DNA from: Craspedostauros australis
Lineage: Eukaryota
Length of the DNA: 64,000 nt
Reading direction: 5' to 3'
NCBI GenBank assembly: GCA_030167865.1
Contig: JALAGF010006637.1
Span: 1-64,000, forward strand
Shown here in pieces: positions 10,758 to 20,443 of this stretch. The number at the start of each line of letters is the position of its first letter. Positions within the stretch are counted from its first letter, which is position 1. A model generated the notes under the pieces. That model did not search any database. It was given only the letters and a program-made list of their open reading frames with translations, and was not told where the DNA came from. The translations under genes were made by a program, and so were the position numbers.

Positions 10758-11464
10758 CATACTCGCGTGCAGGATGGATCTGTTCGCATCGCGCTGTGAT
10801 GTTTGGAGCGTTGTCTCCATGGCGTTGCTGTTGCTTTGCCAGATCAAAATGACATTGGCTTACTTCAGGCTGTGCCTTTGTCTGTTCCTTCGCTCTTGTC
10901 TTTGCTCTCACTCTCACGCTCGCTTTCGATCTTGGTATTGCTCTGTGAGTGCCGGAGTGTCATCAGAGAGAAACTTCATTTCACTTCACTTCACATTGCA
11001 CCTCATCGGAGCCTGGGCGCATGTTTCCGTCACTCAGACTGTAATACCATGCACTCCAATCGTGCGGATATCAGCTGCAGTTTGTGGGAGGTTAGCGCGA
11101 AGGATCGATGAAGAGATGGAGCAACCTCTGCATGGAGTGCTCGTACTCATCCTCGCACTCGTATGCAGGATTGATGCGTTCGCACATTGCGTTGATTGTG
11201 CCTGGAATTGCCATTGAGTTCGTGTGGTTTCGCCAGCATACGAGCAGAATGACGAATGCCAACCCCGGAGCGTGGCCTGTTGTGGTTCTTCGCTCTTGAT
11301 CTTGCTTTCGACCTTGATCGTGTTCTGTGAGGGTCTCGCAGCATCACGAGAGAGAGGCACTTCACTTCACATCGCAGCGCAGCGCAGCGGAGAGGAGTGC
11401 ATGTTGCTGATTGTGAGCACCTGATTTGGTTTGTTGGTGGTAATGGTGATGTATCCGAAACGAA
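10758..11464 (+). repeat. ~0.7 kb non-coding repeat, copy 2 (direct repeat with 6736-7408)
   Basis: Same orientation as copy 1. It differs by scattered substitutions and microsatellite slippage (cacttcacttcac, gcagcgcagcgcagcg, ctcactctca). Confidence 0.9.
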
Positions 11465-12236
11465 GCGGTTGCGCGCCGTGCTCGACTCTCCAAACCAACG
11501 AACATCGTAGTCCATCCAGTCGAAGATACTCCTCCCCCTTCCCACCTGTTTCGATGTGGTCGCGCCAGTGCGACCAAAGGTACCGACGCGTGCGGTGGCC
11601 GCTTGGATCATGGGCGTGCACTTGACCGCGATCAATTGAGTATCAACTAAAATATAATAGTATCCATGCCAGACAAGTATTATATTCTACATCCATAGGA
11701 CTCAGCCGTCCCTCTCTGTCATTGTAAGTTTGTGTACGTATTGAGATATAAATCCGTATCCGGATCCGGATGTGCGCCTCTCGCTCTGCCTCGGGCGGCG
11801 CTCGTTCTTCTTCTGCTGTGGTCGGAAGTTCCGATCTTCAGAGGTGTGTGCACCGACATTTCGGGATGGTGTTGCCTCCTATTCTATTAGAATATGATAT
11901 TATACCTATTGTATGTTGCTGCTGCAGCGACAGGATATAGGAGACGGAGGTCGTGGTCAAGGTCAAACAGTGTGACTGGCAACAGTAGCATGTGGTGGTT
12001 TCGTTGGTGTTCTCAACCAAGAATGGGGAACGAGAACAACGAAAGATCCGAGTCATTTCGTGACACAAGATACCAACCACCGCGGAGGCGAAGCCAGCAT
12101 CAACAGCGACCACAGCCAATCCCACAAAACAAAGAAGCGGGCGGACAGCAAACGCAAGATCAACCTGTTGAGCCACACCCATCATTACTATTCTACCAAT
12201 ACCCCACAAAACAAAGAAGTAGTACTGCCAACGAAG

Positions 12237-13172
12237 ATGACCATGTTCCGCAAGACCCTGAGCGCTCTGCTGAGCTGCGCGATGATCAGCCAGGTGCTGA
12301 CCCAGGAGTGCAACCTCTGCGCAGGCATCAGCGACACCCCGGACCTCAACCCAGGACCGTCCCCGTTCGATCCCAAGGGCCAGGTCGACTGCAACACCCT
12401 CAACACGCAGCGCACGAGCTTCACCGAGGCCGACTCGCAGTGCACGGACATCCAGCTCGCGGCATTCCAGGGCGGCTGCTGCAACAGCCCACCGTACGGC
12501 AAGTGCAGCATCTGCGCCACGGGCGACGCCGTGAGCACCAACAAGGTGGAAACCGGCGCCGCATCCCCACCATCCTGCGGTGAGTACTCCAACACCCCGT
12601 TCGCATACTACCCCTCCGACAACGTCGGATCGTGCGCCGAAACGAGGCTGCGTCGCGTCAGCTTCATGTGCGGCTGCCAAGGCGCCGAGCAGGAGTGCGG
12701 CCTCTGCGACGCGAACGGCGGTGTGGCGTTCCCGGACCCCGGCAACCCGTCGTTGCGCGACAACCTGCTGCGCAACGAGTCGTGCCGCAGCATGGTCTTC
12801 ACGACGCTCATCAACCCCGCTGCCACCTGCGACAGCAAGAAGGACATCTACGGTGTGGATTACGCCGGATTCTGCCGCTGTCCCGGCACCACCGAACCCA
12901 CCGATCCGACCTGCTCCATCTGCGAGGATGGGCAGAAGGAACGTGACGGGGACACCATCATCGCATCCGGCGTCAAGGGTCCGGACGGCCAGACCCGCGA
13001 CCTCAAGTGCAGCGAGGCCTACCTGCTTGCCAAGTTCATCACGAACCCCGGCGTTTGCCAGCGCCTCAGCAACAACACGCGCGCGGCGTGCTGCAAAAGC
13101 TCGGCCAGCGCCCTGAAGATGGCTTCGTCCCTCTTCCTCGTGGGATCTGCCGTCGTCGCACTTCTGTTCTAA
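12237..13172 (+). CDS. Probable GPI-anchored cell-surface protein with four six-cysteine repeats
   Basis: Signal peptide MTMFRKTLSALLSCAMISQVLT, then four repeats CxxC..C..C..C(x)C (CNLC..GCC; CSIC..CGC; CGLC..CRC; CSIC..ACC). The C-terminus KSSASALKMASSLFLVGSAVVALLF has small residues followed by a hydrophobic tail with no cytosolic extension. Codons are strongly C/G-ending. Confidence 0.85.
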   Translation: MTMFRKTLSALLSCAMISQVLTQECNLCAGISDTPDLNPGPSPFDPKGQVDCNTLNTQRTSFTEADSQCTDIQLAAFQGGCCNSPPYGKCSICATGDAVSTNKVETGAASPPSCGEYSNTPFAYYPSDNVGSCAETRLRRVSFMCGCQGAEQECGLCDANGGVAFPDPGNPSLRDNLLRNESCRSMVFTTLINPAATCDSKKDIYGVDYAGFCRCPGTTEPTDPTCSICEDGQKERDGDTIIASGVKGPDGQTRDLKCSEAYLLAKFITNPGVCQRLSNNTRAACCKSSASALKMASSLFLVGSAVVALLF

Positions 13173-13681
13173 ATGTTCGAGTCATGCGCAGCCAAGCCAA
13201 CAGTCCACGAGAGATGGTTCAGCAAACAGGAAAACAGATGAGGTGTCCGGAATCGTGTCCGAGACGGCTTTGTCTGTGACTCTTCGCTCGTACTCGTGTG
13301 TATTTGTACGTGGACACTCTGCACGAGTAGGCAGATGCGAGACTTTGCTCGCATCATGCTGATGTTAACAAGGCGATGCTGCCGTAAGTTCGAACGAATA
13401 GAGTCGCAAGTGGCTACTGTCGGCAACGAAGGGTCGTGTCAGTGTCAGGAGTTCTTCATTCCGACATCCATCAACTCAATGGTCTTCCGAGGGTCAAAGT
13501 TTCATGTTATCAATACACTCATGGACAATGAGCTGTCTTTGTGTGTGTTTATCTCTTTAGTTGTTGGTTACAGAATGGCTGGCTGGCAAATTGTTTCAAT
13601 TACATACCTGCAAGAGTCGAAAGAAGAAGAGCAAGCAGAGTTGTTACTGTTCATCTACTGTTCCGTTAGTTGCTCGGTGAT

Positions 13682-15149
13682 TTAAGCCTCGATGACCTCT
13701 CCGGTGGTTGGCTTGAGGATCTCGCACTTGCCTCCGTTGGCCTCGATGGCGGCACGGGCGGTCTTGGTGAAGGCGTGGGCTTGGACGGTGATGTCCTTGG
13801 CGGTGAACTCCTCCTTTCCGACGACGACCTTGTGGATTGGGAGCTTGGACTTGGTCACGGCCTTGGACTCGAAGAGGCTGTCGACTGTTGGTACAGAATG
13901 ATGCGGTGCAATACAATACATGGCGATGTTGGGGCGAGATGTAGAGTGGCAACGTGGAAAGAGGGTGAGTGGTGAACATGGTTTCACGCCCAAGTCAAGT
14001 CAAGTACCGCTCCCTGTCTGATGCCGTGCTCCATTTCAGTCCATTCCACTCCACTCCACTCCAATGCACACGACACAACACGACACGACACGCCAACACG
14101 ACACTTACAGTTGCAGGTGGTTCCGGCGGCAACCTCATTGAGCTGATCCAGCTTGATGATGTTGTAAAGGGTTCGCTTGTGGCCTGGGCCCAATGGCTTT
14201 CCGACGAACTTTGGAAGACGTCTGTAGAGTGGGTTCTGTCCTCCCTCGAAACCAGGGCGGGTTGGTCGACCACTTCGCGACTTCTGTCCTCTCATTCCGA
14301 AACCGCAGGTGGCACCCTGTCCGGCGGCGATACCGCGTCCCTTCCTCTTCTTGCGGTGTCTGGAGCCTGGAGCTGGCTTGAGGTTGTCGAGGGTGAATTC
14401 GAAGTTGTCGAGATCGTTGATGTCGCTCTCATCCGCCTCTCTTCGCTTCCAGTCGGCGATCTTCATGGTGAGTCCGCCGGTGGAGCGCGGGGCGGATGTC
14501 AGCATGCTGTTTCGTGGGATGAAAGCATAGGCATCTGTTTGAGCGATAATAGTAGTGTTTGCATCAGCACCAGCGGTGGAGTTGGCAGATCGAAGACAAG
14601 CAGGAAGGATAAGGAGGAAGAACAAGCGTGAGCTTGGATAAAGTACGAGTGGAGAGGGTCGCTGCCGGCAATCAGGCAGGCTTCATGCCAAGGCCGTGTG
14701 GGGAAGTGAAATGGAAGTCCGCCCCAGCCATCACATCACATCATCACCACCATCACAGACAGACGACATCGGCTTCCTTCGGCACATCGACGTCAGCCTG
14801 TGCTGATACTGCCTCTCTGCGATGATGCAACCACTGCTCCATGCCGCCACTCCCCAACCATTCTCTCCATCCTGCAGCCGCATGGTGGAGCGGGATGAAG
14901 CCGATGGTTGGTAGCACAGTGGCATGGTGATGTTCTTTGCATTCTGCCGCCTCGGAACCGCCCATCAACGTTTTTGCTTCAAGCCATCAACCTCGACGTC
15001 CTTCAAGGGTGATGTTGATGCGTCAGTCAATCAGTGTCCGATGGGATGGCGCGAACTCCATCTGCGCAGCGATGGCATCGCATGGAATGCATACCTGTGG
15101 ATGCGACGAGCGCAGAGGCAAGGAGGAGGCCGGCAAGGAAGGACTTCAT
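13682..15149 (-). CDS. rpl15: Plastid 50S ribosomal protein L15 (uL15c), nucleus-encoded, 3 exons
   Basis: Inferred exons are 15149-15095, 14534-14109 and 13884-13682 (GT..AG, phase-compatible). uL15 motifs: [48 protein letters not shown] and [17 protein letters not shown]. The N-terminus [25 protein letters not shown] is a signal peptide plus an ASAFAP-type motif. Confidence 0.95.
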
Positions 15150-17491
15150 GGTGCTGCTGTTGTTCTCGTCGTCTTCGTTTGTGGTTGATGTGTTTGTTGA
15201 TGTTGGTGGGGCTGAGCGACGCTGCTGTTGGTACTCTGTTGCTGTTGTCTTGCCTGGTCTCGCAGTGCAGGTTGTCGCTGTTGTTGCGGAGCCTATCGTT
15301 CGTTCCTCGTCTGTCTTGCCTTCGCCCACACCCATCAACACAACAGCACAATTTCACGCAGAGTCAGCAGCGCCAGTAAACCGATTTCCCTCCTCACGTC
15401 AATCACCATGTGTTGTATTTGTGCCGTCCTGAAGTGATGGCTGACGCACGACAGATGGAATGGTATCGCCCGACGGATGGTCTGACGGACGGAAATGGTT
15501 GGCACTTCTGAGAAGCAGGCTACGATCGAAGTCAGGGTGTTGCGGGATTCACACACAACACGGGATTCAACTTATCTCCCCACAGTCTCTCGTTCCGTCG
15601 CGTTCATGTGTGTTGCTTTCATTGATCGCAGCGCTCCATTCATCCCTGTGCAGACACATGCGCAACCCACCACAAGTGCAGAGCACGTCAAGATGTCCTG
15701 CTCATACGAACTACCATACCTTTGGGATGGCGGAAGCAGCGAAGAGGCAATGGATGACGTCGACACACACGCTTCGATGAAGCAAGCGTCGCGATGGTAT
15801 TATGCGTACTCTGCGAGTAATGCAATGCTCCAGAGATTTCGCGGATGGCGCTGCAATCTGCTGTTCCATCCGCGCCATGAATCAGATGCTGACAAATGGC
15901 GCCAAGAAAGCAACAGAGGCGATCTCGTCGCAGCAGCACTGCACTGGTTGTGATCAGGAGAGCGATCATCATTGGTCACCGCAGCGAACGGCATCATCTC
16001 TCATGGACTTTATCTTCTCACGAATCTATTCCGTTGCCGGAGGGAGGCAGAGTATCGCTTCCGCCCGCAGCAATCGCAGTCACGATCACCACATGAAGAG
16101 CAGCCGGATTTATGTTCAACTGGTCATCGCCTATCGGGCAGCGACAATTGTGCAAGGGACTTCATTGTCCCTGGACATCAATCGTGTGTGCCTTCCCTTG
16201 CTGGGTTGCAAAGTCGCAAAAGATCGGCCTCGCGTTTCCTCCCTTCTCCTCATGTTCATGCTTTACCTTCATCGGAGGTATGAGCGCGTTCACTATCGCG
16301 GTACGAAGCGGCCAACATCTCTGCCCCCGACACGCCGACGCCTAAAGTGAGCTTTGTGACTCCGTCGCCCATCACCAAAACATCACACACGGGTACAAAT
16401 ACTGTCGCAATCTGTTGATACGCGTGCGCGTGCGGTACTAGTATCCACTTCCGCTTCCCCTTCACTTCGCTTCACTTCCTCCCATCGCGCTTCGACTCGC
16501 TGCATGAAATGTGACATGGGCGCCACGAACCAAGGAAGCATCGACAAATCGACAAGTCAACCCACACACAGAGAGGGAAACAGCAACAACACCACCAACG
16601 TTGGCGGATTGTTCAGCGACTGTCTCTCGAGAAAACGACACCCCGTTCATTCCCTAATTCAACCTAACGTTCACTATCCGTTGCATACGATAGAATAAAC
16701 AATCAGACATCATTTGCATAACATACGCTATCAGGCTTATATTTAGGAATGTCACATCAAGACGTCGTACGACTCAGCGATAGTGACTGAGGAACTCCAC
16801 ATAACCAACAAATCTCAAAGCGACATGTCACTCCTCACATTTCTCTTCGTTCGTCATCCTCCGTGCACGCGAGGAATTCGTTGTGATGCGCTTGCGGACG
16901 CCATCGAGGGGAACACGCTGCGATCTTGGGGCAGAACAAGAGAAGCAAGTATGACATGCAACATCGACTCGGGAGGCGCTCGCAAGGAAGGGTCCACATG
17001 ATCGCATGTTGACGCAGCGAAACAGATACCGTGCACTCCGACTCGTCTCCACACAACACCCAGGCTCCGCCACACCAAGAGGGAATACCGCGTGAGTGGC
17101 CATACAGCGTGATCATCCGAGGGAGGCGACACCCAGAGCAAAGAGATTACTCGAGAGGCACTTCGCTGCGGTCACAATCTCGGAATTCATTCATCCGTCG
17201 ATCCGTTTTCTCTCTCTCTGCCTTCGCGCAGGAACGCCAAGGAAAAAGCACAGAGCTTTCGTCTCTTGGGAAGTGTGCGATCGAGACCAGTACCAACCCA
17301 AGCACTGCTACCAACAGCAACAAGAACGCCCGAAGAATCTCTCAGAGGGCACCGCTATCGCTTGGCTTGATCGCAGCCTCCACTCCTGCTCATACAATTC
17401 GCATCTCCAACAACACCAACAGAACAGCAGCAACCATAGCAGTCATCTCCAAACCACAGCATAGTGCCAATACTCGTACCATACGTGCACC

Positions 17492-20443
17492 ATGAACAAG
17501 GAGGCATTCCACCAATCGGCAAGCTCCGGCTTCGAGAGTCCCCAGGACTCCGTGATTCCTGTGGATGCGATTGGACGCCGTGGTTCTGACCCCATCCCAA
17601 CATCGAAGGTCATGTCCACCATCCAGCGCTTTTCCTTCAACAATCAATCCTCCAAAGATGGGGAGGGATCCGTAGGATGCAAGTCAAAAGGGTCATCCAA
17701 CTCCCCGTTGCCATTCTCAAAGGCGGCTCACAAGGGGTTTCACCGTCCCGATGGGTTCATTGGATCACCACAGGGACGACCGCAGAGAGGATGGAAGGCA
17801 AAACGCGTCATCGACTCCGAAAGCGACTCCGACGAGAGGCCGAGGATCGGGCAGCGGCTCTCAGCTCCACCATTGCTGGACGCACCAACAGAACAGCAGC
17901 AGCAGCAGAACCAAGCGGAACACGACATGGTGACTAGTGCACATGAGCAAGCCGGAAATTCACCACGATCCACACCAGCCCCCAGGACGAAAACCAGATC
18001 GAGTTGGAAGCAGAAATCCACCACAGGTGCTGGTGCTGCCTCTCACAAAGAGACTTCAGACCAAGCAGCATTTGCGTCGCCCGGCAAGAAAGGCCCAAAC
18101 GCGAACCTACGCAGGCTGCAACAGAAGCCCACATCCCCGCAGGTTCCCATCGCGGCAACCTCCGAGGGCATCAAAAGCCCGATGAAAGCCTTCATCGAGA
18201 AGGCGCAATCACCATCTGACCCGACAACACCATCAACCGATGAACTGTCCTCCATCAATTCGCCACGATCGTCAACTTCATCGACTCGCATGCAACGAGC
18301 GGCGAACGCATCATCTTCGTCGCTGTCCATCTCTCCGCCACCCTTGTCAGGAGGGACGTCTCCGGCGCAAGTCACCCCGTCGAAGAAACGATGGACGCCG
18401 GCCAAGGTGGGCGACTTGAGCGGTACAATGATCCCACCAGCATTCCGTGCCAGCTTCTCCAAGACGGTCGGACGGCCTCCTCTCACACCCAAGTCGAAAG
18501 ACGCGGTGGCGGTCGAACCTACCAAGAGTCCTGAGCCGCTCAGGAGGAAGAAGTCCACACGTCGGCCCCCAACTAAGCTGAAGAGTACCTGGCCTCCCAC
18601 GACAGCGAAGGCGAACGTCTCCGCCGTCATGACGAAGCGGCGCATCAAGGAGATCATCAAGCCGCAGAAACCGGTCAAGCTCATCACAACCACGATCGAA
18701 AAGGAGATCAAGCAGCAGGTGGTCCACAAGACGTCTGATGACCCTGCTTTGGGGGACAACGATGGTGACCACGATGCTGCAGCATCCTCGTCTATCAAGA
18801 AGACGACCAGTCGCCCCCCGAAGCACCAAAGGGCATCCCTGTCCAAGAAAACCGCGACAGCTGATGCTCCTGGTGTTGCTTCTGCCAAGAAAGTGAGCAA
18901 GAGAAACAGTGCGAGCTCGAGTGCGACCAGCCCTCTCACCCATCTGCGAAGAACGCCAGGAACGCAGAAGGCCACGCTTGATGCCGACGCGGACGGGTTT
19001 TGCGAGTTCAAGCTGCCGTCGGGCAAGACGTTGCGACGCCGCGCATCGAAGCTCGTGCGTCACGCCAGTCTTCAGATTCGGTACGGCGGCCCCACGCTCT
19101 TGCCAATCGATGAGCTCTACGACAGACACGTGGATCCCGGTGACTTCGATCCCGACCAGCTAGATTCTCGATTCTTGACAGACAGCAAACTTCACGACAA
19201 GCCGCCCACGCGACCAATGCGCCTGCAGAACGGTGAATGGTCCGAGTGCGACGAAGAAGAGAATGACCAACAGCTCAACGAAGAAGACGCGCCAAAGGAG
19301 GCTGCGCAACATGAAGATGAGCACGGCGAAGTGTACTTTGAGAACTTACCGGGCGGTCTCAGCAAGCCCAAGACCCAAGCCAAGAACAGTCGCAAGGCTG
19401 TCCGCAGCAGCACCGCTGGCAAATCCAAAGATCTCAAGGATGATCTCACAAGTACCCAACCTGATCGCCCTCATCTCGCGCCCGGTGCGACTCGAACGGC
19501 TGGAGCAGCTGCCGGCAATGGCCACAACGACGACGATGAAGCTTCACACAATGAACTCGAGCTCGACCGTCCTGACATTTGGGTGACACCATTGAAGGGC
19601 TCGGATCCATCGAATCGTGTGTGGCGCGTCAAGCGCGTGTGGGGCATCCCAGAGCTGGACTGCCTCGAGCCAGAGCACGAAGTTGATGACGCTGACCTCT
19701 TCGACGAAATCAGAGCGTTGCTCGGTGTTCCACTTGATGGCACGAGTGCGCCAGCGATGGGCGCTGACCGGAACTGGCACGTCAAGAAGGTGTATGACGT
19801 CGATGGCATCATCGATGACAGCGTGGAGGAAGCGTCCATGGCCGACGAAGATCTCCTGGTTGGCTTCCAGATTCTGTCCGAGGAGGCCAGCATCGCGGAG
19901 TGGGAGGATTCGATGAACAGCATCCAGCTCACCGACGACGTGCTCGCCGACATTGTCGACCGTTTCCCCGATTCATTTGGACAAGCGGATTCCGATTCCC
20001 GCAGCGCCTCATTCACGTCCACCCACGGCCACCGCGCCTACTGCAGACCGGATGACTGGGTCTCACCCCAGGAGGGCAGGAAGCAGAAGAAGTCCAACAG
20101 TCGAACGTGGAAGGTGAAGAAGGTCTGGGACGTTCCGTCACCAAGCGACGAGGATGCGAGCCCTGGCGACGACAGCGCACGCAAGTCTGCGTCGCTCAAC
20201 CCCGAAAGCCCATCGCCAAATGACGCCGATGACCAGGACGATCGATCCATCGGAGTCGACGATCTTTGTGCCAAGGATGAAGGCAATGCCGACCTCACGG
20301 ATTCCATCGCAACAGCCTCCACCCAGACACTGAGCGCTGGTTCCAAGAGCAAGAAGAAGAGGAAGAGCAAGAGTGGCATGCAGATTTCAGATCTCTTGTC
20401 GCCCCCTCCGGTCTTTGAGATGAGTTTCACTGATAGCACATGA
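17492..20443 (+). CDS. Hypothetical 983-aa largely disordered protein with a repeated RxW(K/R/H)(V/A)K(K/R)V motif
   Basis: Long single ORF with a Ser/Pro/Lys-rich N-terminal half and an acidic C-terminal half. No known domain recognised. Confidence 0.8.
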   Translation: MNKEAFHQSASSGFESPQDSVIPVDAIGRRGSDPIPTSKVMSTIQRFSFNNQSSKDGEGSVGCKSKGSSNSPLPFSKAAHKGFHRPDGFIGSPQGRPQRGWKAKRVIDSESDSDERPRIGQRLSAPPLLDAPTEQQQQQNQAEHDMVTSAHEQAGNSPRSTPAPRTKTRSSWKQKSTTGAGAASHKETSDQAAFASPGKKGPNANLRRLQQKPTSPQVPIAATSEGIKSPMKAFIEKAQSPSDPTTPSTDELSSINSPRSSTSSTRMQRAANASSSSLSISPPPLSGGTSPAQVTPSKKRWTPAKVGDLSGTMIPPAFRASFSKTVGRPPLTPKSKDAVAVEPTKSPEPLRRKKSTRRPPTKLKSTWPPTTAKANVSAVMTKRRIKEIIKPQKPVKLITTTIEKEIKQQVVHKTSDDPALGDNDGDHDAAASSSIKKTTSRPPKHQRASLSKKTATADAPGVASAKKVSKRNSASSSATSPLTHLRRTPGTQKATLDADADGFCEFKLPSGKTLRRRASKLVRHASLQIRYGGPTLLPIDELYDRHVDPGDFDPDQLDSRFLTDSKLHDKPPTRPMRLQNGEWSECDEEENDQQLNEEDAPKEAAQHEDEHGEVYFENLPGGLSKPKTQAKNSRKAVRSSTAGKSKDLKDDLTSTQPDRPHLAPGATRTAGAAAGNGHNDDDEASHNELELDRPDIWVTPLKGSDPSNRVWRVKRVWGIPELDCLEPEHEVDDADLFDEIRALLGVPLDGTSAPAMGADRNWHVKKVYDVDGIIDDSVEEASMADEDLLVGFQILSEEASIAEWEDSMNSIQLTDDVLADIVDRFPDSFGQADSDSRSASFTSTHGHRAYCRPDDWVSPQEGRKQKKSNSRTWKVKKVWDVPSPSDEDASPGDDSARKSASLNPESPSPNDADDQDDRSIGVDDLCAKDEGNADLTDSIATASTQTLSAGSKSKKKRKSKSGMQISDLLSPPPVFEMSFTDST

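Noticed and set aside
6736..11464. LTR retrotransposon interpretation of the direct repeats
   Set aside because: No gag, protease, RT or integrase between the copies, and no clear TG..CA termini, PBS or PPT.
15400..17490. Several 100-180 aa ORFs between rpl15 and the 983-aa gene
   Set aside because: No recognisable motifs, overlapping in all frames, no coding-like bias; treated as intergenic or UTR.
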